Notes: generated by a model not told the origin, from the letters alone. A stretch of 64,000 nucleotides of DNA from a bacterium (GCA_036833455.1 DAITPU010000001.1:7549-71548), one strand, 5' to 3'; positions 28,316 to 38,179 are shown, counted from the first letter of the stretch. Program-made: numbers and translations.

Positions 28316-28576
28316 ATGAACTCAAAAAGTTTAGATTCCTTAATCAAAAGAGCTCTAAAATGTGATTGGAAATTTAAAAGAAAAAAAGACTCTGAATTTC
28401 CTTACTTAATTGCTCCTTCAGGAAAAATTTATTCTTCCGAAGAAAATAGAAAAGAAATTGTAACTGAATTTGATTATCAAACAAAAGAAGAAACAGAAAT
28501 AGCCGAAAGAATATTCTTCCTTTTAAGAAAAAATCCGGATTATATTAAGAGATATTCTAGATATATTGCAGCTTAA
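28316..28576 (+). CDS. Hypothetical protein (86 aa)
   Basis: ORF only. Confidence 0.25.
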   Translation: MNSKSLDSLIKRALKCDWKFKRKKDSEFPYLIAPSGKIYSSEENRKEIVTEFDYQTKEETEIAERIFFLLRKNPDYIKRYSRYIAA

Positions 28577-28584
28577 ATTTTAAA

Positions 28585-29703
28585 TTATTTTAATAAAATT
28601 TCTTTTCCGGTTTGTAAATCTTTTATGATGAATTTTTTCTTTTCTATTTCTTTTTTACCAACAAAGATTATTTTTCTTATCCCATATGAATTCGCATATT
28701 CCATTGCCTTGTTTATTTTTCCAAAATAAACATTTACATTTTTTCCTTGAGAACGTAATTTCTTAGCTATTTCAATTGATTTTTTATCTTCATCTAAACT
28801 TACAACAAGAATCTTATCTATATCAATAATAATATTAGTAACAGCCATAATTCTTTCAATAGAAAAAGAAATTCCTACTGAATCTACTCCTCCAACTTTA
28901 TAAGTTCCTCCTCCGCAGATAGTCTCCTTTATATCTGATTTTATTTCAAAAACATTTCCAGTATAATAACTTAGACCTCTTGCCAAAGAAGGTTGAAATA
29001 TAACTTCAAAACCATAGTATTTTGCAAATTTCTTTAATTCCTGTATTTCTTTGTAAGCAGGATATCTAGCAAAATAATTTTCTGGTTTCTTCATAATCTC
29101 AAGAATTCCTTCTGCATTGTATTTTTTTAAATTATCTTTAATCTCTTTCAGAGATAATTTATCTAACTTATCTATTTGACGAATTACTTCTAGTTTATCT
29201 TTTACTTCAAGCTCTTCTAAAATTTGATTTAATAATTCTCGGTTATTTACATAAATAATTGAATTGACCTTTAAAGCCTTTAATACATCATTAACTGCTG
29301 AAAGAATTTCTGCTTGATCCTCTATGCCTGCTCCAACTGTATCTATATCACATTGGGTAAATTGCCTAAACCTATTTGAACTTATAGGCTCATCTCTAAA
29401 AACTGGCCCGATTTGAAAACGTCTAAAAGGCAATTTCTGATTTTTAGCTATTCTTTTTAATTGAAATGTGAATTCGTAACGAAGAGCAAGCTCTCTGTTT
29501 CCCCTATCTTTTAATTTAAAAATTTCCGAAATAACATCATCTCCAGAATTTTCCCCTTTAACAAAATTTTCATATTCAATTATAGGAGTATCTGCTTCTT
29601 GAAAATTATAACGTTCAAATGTTTGCTTCGCTACTTCTCGTATAAAAGCCGCTTTCTCTGCTTCCTTCCCTAATTTATCTTTAAATCCTTTTACAGTTTC
29701 CAT
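28585..29703 (-). CDS. hisS: Histidyl-tRNA synthetase (compact, 372 aa)
   Basis: Motif 2 FRRFQIGPVFRDE...RFRQFTQCDIDTVG, motif 3 ICGGGTYKVGG...SIERI, and a C-terminal anticodon-binding alpha/beta domain. Confidence 0.85.
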   Translation of the reverse strand: METVKGFKDKLGKEAEKAAFIREVAKQTFERYNFQEADTPIIEYENFVKGENSGDDVISEIFKLKDRGNRELALRYEFTFQLKRIAKNQKLPFRRFQIGPVFRDEPISSNRFRQFTQCDIDTVGAGIEDQAEILSAVNDVLKALKVNSIIYVNNRELLNQILEELEVKDKLEVIRQIDKLDKLSLKEIKDNLKKYNAEGILEIMKKPENYFARYPAYKEIQELKKFAKYYGFEVIFQPSLARGLSYYTGNVFEIKSDIKETICGGGTYKVGGVDSVGISFSIERIMAVTNIIIDIDKILVVSLDEDKKSIEIAKKLRSQGKNVNVYFGKINKAMEYANSYGIRKIIFVGKKEIEKKKFIIKDLQTGKEILLK

Positions 29704-29744
29704 AGCTAACTAAAGATTAAGAGAGTTATAAAGTTTTTCAGAAA

Positions 29745-29817
29745 AGCGGAAGGAGGGAGTCGAACCCTCTTCTCACGGACCACAACCGTACGTCATAACC
29801 GTTAGACCACAACCGCC
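29745..29817 (-). tRNA. tRNA-His (anticodon GUG) with a genomically encoded G-1
   Basis: Cloverleaf reads G(-1)-GCGGTTG-TG-GTCT-AACGGTTA-TGAC-G-TACGG-TTGTGGT-CCGTG-AGAA-GAGGG-TTCGACT-CCCTC-CTTCCGC-U. The acceptor stem has two U.U mismatches (5-68, 6-67). Confidence 0.6.
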
Positions 29818-29908
29818 GTAATACATAGAATTAATTCTTTTTTCTGGTTTTTATAGGTTTTGATTAAGAGTAGAACCTTTTTTTGGTCTTCAAGTAGATT
29901 ATTTTTAT

Positions 29909-31165
29909 TTAATTTTTTTCCTCAATTAAATTAATCGCCCAATTAACAAAATCTTCATCTTTTTCAAAAGTAATTAACTCATTTTCATTAAACAAAGCAT
30001 ACATTCTTCTTTCATTTGGATTCAATCCATACCAGTCAAAATAATCATTTCTCATTTTTCTTATTGCAATCTTATTGTCTTGCATTACCCCAGAATCATT
30101 TATATTTTTTATTTCTAAGGCTGTAGAAAACTTAGTTCTACCTTGATCATAAATTGCAAAATGATTATTTTTATAACAAAGAATACTCAAATGAGTTGGC
30201 CACAAAATGTTATAACAATTAACAGAATTATTATACTCTCTCATTAAAGATAATGTTGTAATTGCCCAATCTTCACAATCCCCCATTTTTATCCTTAATA
30301 CTTCTGCAGGCGTTTGCCAATATTCTGATTTTTTAAATCTATTTTGATCAGAAATATAAGAAATTCTCATGTAATTTGCAATTACATCTAAATCTTCCCA
30401 TGTGTTATTTTTAAAATATTTTTTTAAATTATCCTCCAAATAAGATCTTGTTTCTTCTGGACGAACAAAATCTTGTATTTCAACATAATATTTTGGCCAA
30501 CGAGGATCTAAATCCATATCAAATTCCAATGTTTCATTATTATCAAAAAAATATTTTAGATCATGTATTGACCAATATTCTGCAAAAGGGAGATTTGCAT
30601 CTTTTTCAAAACAAAAATCTGTCCTTCCAAAAATATGAATCGTAGAATTTATCTTAAATTTTTGATTATACTCTTTTTCTGTTAAAAGAAAAGCCCCTTC
30701 TTGAGTGTCTCCTATAAAAAAATCATCAACATAAACTTTTCCGTTTAATTTGCAATTTGTTTTATTATCGTAAAAAAGAAAATTCATTGTTTTGATTTTT
30801 AACTGTTCTTCATAGACAATAAAATCTTGCTCCCCTTTATTAAGTAAATCTTGAGAAAAATCATAAGTAAAATTAAAAAAATTATCTTCATAAAATACTC
30901 TAAATTCAAATAAAACAACATTCGACAAATCTTCAACTAAAATAGTTATTTTACCTTCCTCGGTTACCCCCAAAGAAATATTGTTAATAAATAATTCTCC
31001 ATTCAATTTTTCCCCCGTCTCTTCTACATAAAAATTAAATGTAAAATTAGTATAGTCAGAAGGATAAATAAGGATAAATAAAAATAAAAAAATAAAAATA
31101 CTCCCCCCAAAAATTAGTATTTTTCTACACTGACCTTTATCTATTTTTGGACCTTTTTTTTTCAT
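29909..31165 (-). CDS. Membrane-anchored transglutaminase-like cysteine protease-fold protein
   Basis: N-terminal TM helix. The catalytic-core motif GDCEDWA (G.C..FA type) is followed by His and Asp candidates. Confidence 0.5.
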   Translation of the reverse strand: MKKKGPKIDKGQCRKILIFGGSIFIFLFLFILIYPSDYTNFTFNFYVEETGEKLNGELFINNISLGVTEEGKITILVEDLSNVVLFEFRVFYEDNFFNFTYDFSQDLLNKGEQDFIVYEEQLKIKTMNFLFYDNKTNCKLNGKVYVDDFFIGDTQEGAFLLTEKEYNQKFKINSTIHIFGRTDFCFEKDANLPFAEYWSIHDLKYFFDNNETLEFDMDLDPRWPKYYVEIQDFVRPEETRSYLEDNLKKYFKNNTWEDLDVIANYMRISYISDQNRFKKSEYWQTPAEVLRIKMGDCEDWAITTLSLMREYNNSVNCYNILWPTHLSILCYKNNHFAIYDQGRTKFSTALEIKNINDSGVMQDNKIAIRKMRNDYFDWYGLNPNERRMYALFNENELITFEKDEDFVNWAINLIEEKN

Positions 31166-31206
31166 TTTTTATATTATTGAATTAATTTCAAAATTTATAA
31201 ACATGT

Positions 31207-31842
31207 TCACTCAAAAGAGAATTCCATAAAGTAAGGAACTTTTTCAACCTTATCTAAAAACGCACGCATATTTTTTCCTGAACCTTCAAAAACATAATGA
31301 AGAGTTAAAATTTCCTCTTTTTTATTTACCTTTTTATGAAGAAGCCTACGTTTCTTAATTTTAAATTCCTTAAATAAATCGTCCAATTTCTTTTCTTTAT
31401 CTAAACCTTTAATTTTTATTTCCAATCTTTTTTGATAAGAAATTAGCCATCCTTTTTCTAAGAATCGATTAGTCAAGATAGTTAACCAAATCATTCCATA
31501 CAAGATCAGCGCAATTTTTATACTTCCCACACCAACAACCAATCCTAAAATAGCAAAAAGCCAAATTCCGGCTGCAGTTGTAAATCCGAAAATTTTATCC
31601 GTAGTTTTTATCAAAGCTCCAGCACCCAAAAAACCAATACCAGTTACTATCGCTGCCAAAAGCGGAATTGGATTGTCATATCCCAGTCCTATCGCAGTCA
31701 AAGTTAACCCGCAAGAACCAACTGCAACAAAAATAAAGGTTCCAAACCCAACCGGTTTATGAGAAAATTGTCTCTCAAGCCCAAATGCAAAAGATAAAAT
31801 AAAAACTAAAATAAGCCTAAAAAAAACAACTTCAAATTCCAT
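31207..31842 (-). CDS. mgtC: MgtC/SapB-family membrane protein
   Basis: GLERQ...GSCGLTL...TTAAGIWLFAILGLVVGVG matches the MgtC N-terminal membrane domain. Confidence 0.75.
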   Translation of the reverse strand: MEFEVVFFRLILVFILSFAFGLERQFSHKPVGFGTFIFVAVGSCGLTLTAIGLGYDNPIPLLAAIVTGIGFLGAGALIKTTDKIFGFTTAAGIWLFAILGLVVGVGSIKIALILYGMIWLTILTNRFLEKGWLISYQKRLEIKIKGLDKEKKLDDLFKEFKIKKRRLLHKKVNKKEEILTLHYVFEGSGKNMRAFLDKVEKVPYFMEFSFE

Positions 31843-31877
31843 CTTAAAATAAATCTTTTCTCCTATTTAAATTAATC

Positions 31878-32243
31878 TCAATTTCTTTTCCAAATCTTAA
31901 TTAAAAAAGCGACCAAAACTAAAATTACTCCAAATATGAAATAACTATAACCTCCAGAAAGTAAAGGAAAAATTCTAGCTAAAATTTCGGCAAGACCAAC
32001 TATCAACATAACAATTCCAGAGAAGAGAAGAATTCCAAATGCAATAGATTTTACAATTGTTTTTCTAACTTCTTTAACTTCAGTTCTTATAATTTCGATT
32101 AAAGAATTTTTAAATTTAGTTCCAAGAAATTCTTCCTTTAAAAAAGAAGATACTTTGGCCCCATCTAAAGATTCGTAAATCTTCTTCCCTTCCTCCTTTA
32201 AAGTACTAAAAAACCCCTTCTTTTTACCCTTTTTAGACGCCAT
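31878..32243 (-). CDS. Small membrane protein (121 aa, 2 TM)
   Basis: Hydropathy. Confidence 0.35.
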   Translation of the reverse strand: MASKKGKKKGFFSTLKEEGKKIYESLDGAKVSSFLKEEFLGTKFKNSLIEIIRTEVKEVRKTIVKSIAFGILLFSGIVMLIVGLAEILARIFPLLSGGYSYFIFGVILVLVAFLIKIWKRN

Positions 32244-32248
32244 GAATA

Positions 32249-32497
32249 TTATCTCCTCTTATTTGAACCTTTATTTTTTTGAAACCAAATTAAATAAATT
32301 ATTGGAAGAATTCCTGCAGTATTAAAAATGAACAAACATACAAACCATCCAAGCTGATTTCCCTTTCCCGCTTTCCAAAGTGCGATTCCCTTCCAAATAG
32401 CTTCCCAAATAATAAGAATTACCAAGACAGAATAAAATAAAGTTAAATCAATCATAAATAATATAATATTTTTGTATTTAAATAACTTACCAATCAC
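32249..32497 (-). CDS. Small membrane protein (82 aa, 2 TM)
   Basis: Hydropathy. Confidence 0.35.
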   Translation of the reverse strand: MIGKLFKYKNIILFMIDLTLFYSVLVILIIWEAIWKGIALWKAGKGNQLGWFVCLFIFNTAGILPIIYLIWFQKNKGSNKRR

Positions 32498-32554
32498 TTC
32501 AATTTCATTTGAACTCTTCGCATCATTTAAATATTAGTTTTTACAACAAATAGA

Positions 32555-33142
32555 ATGGTAGAAGAAAAATTTATGTTAATCTCTATGGACGACGAAAAAA
32601 TAAAATACATTGCAGAAATTTTAGGAAATAAAACTTGTAAAAAAATATTAGATTACCTTTCTGAAAATAATGAAGCAAGTCAGCAAGATTTATCTGAAAA
32701 ACTCAAAATTCCATTAAACACTATAGAATATAATATCAAAAAGTTGATAAAAGCAGAATTAATTCAAAAAAGAAAAAATTTCTTTTGGAGTAAAAAAGGA
32801 AAAAAAATAATCCTATATGAAATTTCTAAAAAATCAATAATTATCTCTCCCAAAAATTCAAATATAAAAAAGAAAATAAATTCAATATTACCAGGAATTT
32901 TTTTAGTTGGTTCATTAAGTTTCTTAATCTGGACTTATGAAAAAATAAAATTTTCCTTAGATCAAACTAGAAATTTAGCATCTGAATCCTTTGAAATAGA
33001 AAGTTTAAAATTAGCATCTACTCCTCAAGATATAATACAAAATTCATTAAATCAATCTCCTCCAACTTTATGGACTTGGTTTTTAGCAGGAGGATTAATT
33101 GCATTATTAATTATTTCTATATTAAATTGGAGAAAGTTATAA
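32555..33142 (+). CDS. ArsR-like winged-helix transcription regulator fused to C-terminal TM helices (membrane-tethered)
   Basis: ILDYLSENNEASQQDLSEKLKIPLNTIEYNIKKLIKAELI is the HTH. Two C-terminal hydrophobic helices follow. Confidence 0.5.
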   Translation: MVEEKFMLISMDDEKIKYIAEILGNKTCKKILDYLSENNEASQQDLSEKLKIPLNTIEYNIKKLIKAELIQKRKNFFWSKKGKKIILYEISKKSIIISPKNSNIKKKINSILPGIFLVGSLSFLIWTYEKIKFSLDQTRNLASESFEIESLKLASTPQDIIQNSLNQSPPTLWTWFLAGGLIALLIISILNWRKL

Positions 33143-33143
33143 A

Positions 33144-33149
33144 GGAGGT
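33144..33149 (+). promoter_or_regulatory. Shine-Dalgarno-like AGGAGG 8 nt upstream of the SIMPL gene start
   Basis: aaAGGAGGttattcaaATG. Confidence 0.4.
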
Positions 33150-33156
33150 TATTCAA

Positions 33157-33903
33157 ATGAAAAATCAAAATAAAACAATTATAAGCACAGCAATTATTTC
33201 AGGAGTGATATTAGTTATTGCAATAACTGCTTTGATAATGTTTAAACCAGTTAATTCAAACCAAAGTATAACTGTTCAAGGAATCGCAGAAGTTAAAGCT
33301 ATGCCAGATTTAATTGTAGTCTATTATAACATTGAAACAAAGGGAGATAATCTTTCTCAAGCAAAAGAGGAAAACATTGAAATTTACAATAAACTTCTTT
33401 CTGAATTAGTTATTGGAGGATTTGATCCTAAAGATTTACTAACTGAAAGTTTCAACGTATATCCTGATTACATTTGGGATGAAGGAATAAGAAAAGATAA
33501 CGGATACAAGGCAACCCATTATCTTAAGATAAACATTCCTTCTGAAGAATTGGATAAATTAGATATAGCAATTGATTCAGCAGTAATTTCAAATACTTCA
33601 ATAAACTACATTAATTTTGAACTAACTCAAGAATCTCAAAACAAATATAAATCTGAAGCAATAAAATTGGCAAGTAAAGATGCGCAAGTAAAAGCAAAAT
33701 CTTTAGCAGAAGGATTTGATAAGGATTTAGGAAAATTAGTTAATGTATATGTAGATAATTTTGGGTATTCTCCTTGGAACGCTTATTCTTCAGTTGGAAT
33801 GGACTCAAAAGAAGAAGTAGTTAGGTCAATTTCAATGGCTAAAATTAATCCTTCAGAAAAAGCAATATCTGCTTCAGTTTCTGCAACTTTCAAACTGAAA
33901 TAA
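33157..33903 (+). CDS. SIMPL/DUF541-family secreted protein (26 kDa periplasmic immunogenic protein-like). The start is moved to the internal ATG preceded by an RBS.
   Basis: Signal/TM at the N-terminus (MKNQNKTIISTAIISGVILVIAI). ITVQGIAEVKAMPDLIVVYYNIETKGDNLSQAKEEN matches the SIMPL core. The ORF-track start at 33070 overlaps the upstream gene out of frame. Confidence 0.65.
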   Translation: MKNQNKTIISTAIISGVILVIAITALIMFKPVNSNQSITVQGIAEVKAMPDLIVVYYNIETKGDNLSQAKEENIEIYNKLLSELVIGGFDPKDLLTESFNVYPDYIWDEGIRKDNGYKATHYLKINIPSEELDKLDIAIDSAVISNTSINYINFELTQESQNKYKSEAIKLASKDAQVKAKSLAEGFDKDLGKLVNVYVDNFGYSPWNAYSSVGMDSKEEVVRSISMAKINPSEKAISASVSATFKLK

Positions 33904-33967
33904 GATTCTAAATTTTATTTTTTATTTTTTTATATTAAAAAAGAAAAGGGCCATTCGGCCCCCACTA

Positions 33968-34113
33968 TCCATCCACCCAGATTCGAACTGGGAACCTCTC
34001 GGGCACTGCTATGCCTTTTAGTTCTTGACTTTTAGGGTTTCATCGTATATCTTACTAGACACTCCGCCTTAGGATATCTACAGCCAAGCGCTCTGCCATT
34101 GAGCTATGGATGG
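33968..34113 (-). tRNA. tRNA-Tyr (anticodon GUA) with the archaeal/eukaryal C1-G72 pair and an intron of about 74 nt
   Basis: Cloverleaf reads CCATCCA-TA-GCTC-AATGGCA-GAGC-G-CTTGG-CTGTAGA-[intron]-CCGAG-AGGTT-CCCAG-TTCGAAT-CTGGG-TGGATGG-A. Confidence 0.7.
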
Positions 34114-34386
34114 TTACAAAAAATTTACGACATATTCATTTTTAAAAGTTCTTATTGTTCATATATTGAAAAATAGATGCAGTGAAAAAAACCATTTATA
34201 AATTTTGCCCTCGAAAATAACATACAAAAATTAACAGAAGACTTTATATACTAAAATTTTATAAAAAAAATATAAAAAACGAGGTGCAAGATTAAACTTG
34301 CAAAATATAAAAATGTATGACGAAGAAGATAGAATAGAGATGTTGGAAGATACACTCGAGGAAGACATTGATGAACTTGGATTAGA

Positions 34387-35355
34387 TTAATTTTTTATTT
34401 TTTTAAGGAGTACTTGATTATTATCCAAAGAAAGTTCTTGCTTAGAACTTTCAACAACAATCAAAAGCTCCTCTATTTTTATTTTAGGTACCCAAATCTT
34501 TTCATAACTAACTGATAAACCGTTCCCTATTTTTATATCTTCGAATTCAGAAGATTTTATTTCGCTTGATCCAGAAAAAATACTCAATTTCCAATTTCCA
34601 GATTCAGAAAGCCCTTGATTTTTAATAGAAATGTTTATATCAAGATATTTTCCATAAAGTTCAGCACTAACTTCACTTATCTCTAAATCTGGTAAACTTG
34701 GAGAATAATAAAGCTCGTTTATTTTCAAAGGAATTTCATCTCCTATTTCTTGATTGCATTTGACTACTGGATACATAATATTTTTAGGATTATCTGAATG
34801 ATTAAAGCCTAAAACATGAAGAAGCTCATGCATTTCAACTAAAGGAAAACCACACTCAACAGATCTTAAAAGCAAAACCTCTCCTTTCAAAATAACATTA
34901 AAATTTTTTAAAGGAAGGATTTTAACTGGCCCACCCTCTCCTGCAATAAACATACTATCTTCGCTAAATTTAGATTTCTCCTCACAAAAAATACTAATTT
35001 CTTCTTCTTCTTCAACCGAATAGAATTCTAAAATAGTAGAATTTTCTAAAATTTTAAAAGCACGCTCCATATTATTTTTCTTGCTTAATATACAATCTTC
35101 AGAAATTCTATACGAAATTTCTTTAGAGGGAAACCTCATATTTGGATAAAATTGCATTTCAGAAGAAACATTTCCTAAATTAAAGCTTGGATCGCTATTT
35201 AAACTAAACTCTACCTCTTGAAAGGGAATAAACCAATAGGCCATTAATAAGATAAGGAAAAAGGTTATAATTCCTAAAGTAATCTCTTTTTTCATATACT
35301 GCATTAGTAAAATAATTATATAAACTTTCTTAAAACCCGTAACTATTAAAAACAA
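34387..35355 (-). CDS. Secreted or membrane-anchored zinc metalloprotease of the metzincin clan
   Basis: HELLHVLGFNHSD is an HExxHxxGxxH motif, followed by a Met-turn (IMYP). N-terminal TM/signal. Confidence 0.75.
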   Translation of the reverse strand: MFLIVTGFKKVYIIILLMQYMKKEITLGIITFFLILLMAYWFIPFQEVEFSLNSDPSFNLGNVSSEMQFYPNMRFPSKEISYRISEDCILSKKNNMERAFKILENSTILEFYSVEEEEEISIFCEEKSKFSEDSMFIAGEGGPVKILPLKNFNVILKGEVLLLRSVECGFPLVEMHELLHVLGFNHSDNPKNIMYPVVKCNQEIGDEIPLKINELYYSPSLPDLEISEVSAELYGKYLDINISIKNQGLSESGNWKLSIFSGSSEIKSSEFEDIKIGNGLSVSYEKIWVPKIKIEELLIVVESSKQELSLDNNQVLLKKIKN

Positions 35356-35380
35356 AGGAAGTTTTTTCCTCTTTATTAAA

Positions 35381-37162
35381 ATGGAAAAAATACAAATAAA
35401 AGAATCGTTTTCTAATGAAGATTTAAACTTCTTTGAGAAATTAGAAAAAAAACAATTTGAACATTCTAATTTACTTAATCTAAAAATAAAAGCAGAAGAA
35501 ATTTCAGGAGATAATGAAATAAATGAATTACTATGTTATGAAAAAATAAGCAAAAATTTATCTTTAAAATTGAATTACCAAATAGAAGGAGCAATAAAAA
35601 TTTTAAGAGATTTTGGGGGTTCTGCCCTTTTAGCAGACGAAGTTGGATTGGGAAAAACAATTACTTCTGGATTAGTCTTAAAAGAAAGTATAGAGAGAGG
35701 ATTTGTAAAAAAAGCACTAATAATCACGCCGCCATCCTTAGTTACTCAATGGTTAAATGAATTAAAAGATAAATTCGATTTGGATTTTAAAATAATTGAA
35801 AAAGAAAAAGATTGGGAAAACACTCATTTTGCAATTGCTTCTATAGATAGAATAAAAACATACGAAAATAAAACTAAAAATTTTAAACATAAAAAAGCAC
35901 ATGAAATAGATTGGGATATTTTAATGGTTGATGAAGCCCATAAACTTAAAGAAAAGAATACTGTTCGATGGAAATTTGTAGATAAACTTCAAAAAAAAAG
36001 ATTTATTCTTTTAACTGCAACACCCTTTCAAAACGACTTATTTGAACTCTACAATTTGCTTCATTTATTAAAAAAAGGCCACCTTGGGACAATAAAAGAA
36101 TTCCGAAAAAAATTTTTACAAAATGGAAATAAAAGACACCCTTTAAATTCAAAAGAATTAAAAAATAAATTAGAAGAAGTCATGATTAGAAGAAGACGTG
36201 CTGAAACCGGAATAATTTACAAAAAAAGAATTCCAAAAATAGTTCAAATTTCTCAAACTGAAGAAGAAAGAAAAATATATGAAAAAATGAGTGAATTACT
36301 AAAAGAAAAATATTTTTCTATAAATGGATCTGAAATAAACGGAAGATTAATTATTTTTTCACTTCTTCCAAAAATGACTAGTTCTTTAGCCTCTGCAATA
36401 GAATCTTTAGAAAAAATTTCTAAAAATGAAAAATACCACCAAAATACAAGAGAATTTGCAAAAGAAATTTTAGAAGATTGCAAACAAATAAAAATAGATT
36501 CTAAAATGAAAAAATTAAAAGAGATCATAGAAAAAAAATTAAAAAGTAATCCTTCCGAAAAAATTCTAATCTATACTAAGCATCCTAAAACAGTTAAATA
36601 CATGACTGAAAATTTAAAACCATATAATTTAATTATAACCGAATTTACAGGAGGGCTTTCAAGAGAAGAAAAGCATGAAAAAATTAAAGAATTCAGAAAA
36701 AAATCTCAAATAATGATCTGCACCGACGCTGGAGCCGAAGGACTTAATTTGCAATTTTGTAAAACATTAATTAATTATGACCTTCCTTGGAATCCTATGT
36801 CTGTAGAACAAAGAATTGGTAGATTGGACCGAATTGGTCAAAAAAACGATATTGAAATTTACTCTTTAGCAATAAAAGACACCATGGAAGAATACGTTGT
36901 AGATTTAATTATAAATAAAATGTGTTGTGTTGGGTTAGTCATTGGAGAACTCCCCATAATATTATTTAATATGGGATTAGATTCAGAAGGAACCACAGGA
37001 AGAAATAAAGTAGAGGAATATCTTCTTAATACTTTTTTGAAATCAAAAAATAATTTAGAAATTTTTGCAAAAGGGATTAAAGAAATAGAAAGAGTTATTG
37101 AAGACGGAATGAAAGAATATGAAAAATCAAAATTATCTAATTCAGAATTTTTAGACAAATAG
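35381..37162 (+). CDS. SNF2/SWI2-family ATP-dependent helicase (helicase core only)
   Basis: Motif I LLADEVGLGKT, motif II VDEAH, TAT(P) motif LLTATPFQN, helicase-C motif QRIGRLDRIGQ. Confidence 0.8.
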   Translation: MEKIQIKESFSNEDLNFFEKLEKKQFEHSNLLNLKIKAEEISGDNEINELLCYEKISKNLSLKLNYQIEGAIKILRDFGGSALLADEVGLGKTITSGLVLKESIERGFVKKALIITPPSLVTQWLNELKDKFDLDFKIIEKEKDWENTHFAIASIDRIKTYENKTKNFKHKKAHEIDWDILMVDEAHKLKEKNTVRWKFVDKLQKKRFILLTATPFQNDLFELYNLLHLLKKGHLGTIKEFRKKFLQNGNKRHPLNSKELKNKLEEVMIRRRRAETGIIYKKRIPKIVQISQTEEERKIYEKMSELLKEKYFSINGSEINGRLIIFSLLPKMTSSLASAIESLEKISKNEKYHQNTREFAKEILEDCKQIKIDSKMKKLKEIIEKKLKSNPSEKILIYTKHPKTVKYMTENLKPYNLIITEFTGGLSREEKHEKIKEFRKKSQIMICTDAGAEGLNLQFCKTLINYDLPWNPMSVEQRIGRLDRIGQKNDIEIYSLAIKDTMEEYVVDLIINKMCCVGLVIGELPIILFNMGLDSEGTTGRNKVEEYLLNTFLKSKNNLEIFAKGIKEIERVIEDGMKEYEKSKLSNSEFLDK

Positions 37163-37200
37163 TCATTAGAAACAAGTATAACAATCTTTATAAAAAATAT

Positions 37201-38178
37201 GTGATTATGCAAAATATGACAACTGAAATTTGGACTGAAAAATATAGGCCTACAAAATTTAACGAAATAGCTGGACAAGAACAAATAGTTAAAAGAATAG
37301 AGGCTCTTACAAATTCCCTTAACATCCCTCATTTATTATTTGCTGGGCCTGCTGGAACAGGAAAATCCACTTTAGCCTTAATTGTAGTAAGAGAGTTATT
37401 TGGAGAAAATTGGAAAGAAAACTACCTTGAATTAAATGCATCTGATGAAAGAGGGATAAATACAGTAAGAGAAAAAGTAAAAGATTTTGCAAGAACAAAA
37501 TCCTTGGGAAGTGCTCCTTTCAAAATAATTTTTTTAGATGAAGCGGATGCTTTAACTCCTGAAGCTCAGCAGGCTTTAAGACGAACTATGGAAAATTATG
37601 CAAAAACATGTAGATTTATTTTATCTTGCAATTATTCCTCAAAAATAATTGATCCGATTCAATCCCGATGCGCCACTTTTAGGTTTAAACTTTTAGAAAA
37701 AAAAGACGTTACAAAAGTCATTAAAAAAATAGCGGAAAAAGAAAAAATAGAAATTGATGACCCCTCAATAGAATCAATATATGAGGGAAGTGAAGGAGAT
37801 TGTAGAAAATCTATAAACTTGTTACAATCCACAGCTTCGATATCTCCTAGAATAACTAAAGATTTAATCACGACTGTACTATCTGAAGCAAAACCAAAAG
37901 ACATTAAAGTTATTTTAGATTACGCTTTATCTGGAGATTTTCAAGGAGCAAAAGATAAATTGCTGGATGTTATGTTAAAAGAATCTGTATCTGGACAAGA
38001 TGTTATAAAAACTATTCAAAAAGAACTTTGGAATCTTCCAATAGAACCAGATATTAAAGTAAGACTAACTGAAAAAACAGGAGAAATCGAATTTAGAATA
38101 GTTGAAGGTTCTGATCCATTTATTCAATTGCAATCTCTTCTAGCAAGTTTTGTCTTAGCTGGAATGGGAAAGGAGTAA
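37201..38178 (+). CDS. rfcS: Replication factor C small subunit
   Basis: WTEKYRPTKFNEIAGQE, AGPAGTGKST, DEADALT, SRC motif. Confidence 0.92.
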   Translation: MIMQNMTTEIWTEKYRPTKFNEIAGQEQIVKRIEALTNSLNIPHLLFAGPAGTGKSTLALIVVRELFGENWKENYLELNASDERGINTVREKVKDFARTKSLGSAPFKIIFLDEADALTPEAQQALRRTMENYAKTCRFILSCNYSSKIIDPIQSRCATFRFKLLEKKDVTKVIKKIAEKEKIEIDDPSIESIYEGSEGDCRKSINLLQSTASISPRITKDLITTVLSEAKPKDIKVILDYALSGDFQGAKDKLLDVMLKESVSGQDVIKTIQKELWNLPIEPDIKVRLTEKTGEIEFRIVEGSDPFIQLQSLLASFVLAGMGKE

Positions 38179-38179
38179 A

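Noticed and set aside
33070-33156. ORF-track start of the SIMPL gene at 33070
   Set aside because: It would overlap the upstream HTH gene by 72 nt out of frame. An internal ATG at 33157 has an AGGAGG SD and starts with a signal/TM sequence.
34313-34390. 25-aa acidic ORF MYDEEDRIEMLEDTLEEDIDELGLD
   Set aside because: It is too short, overlaps the metzincin stop region, and has no support beyond being open. It is noted only.
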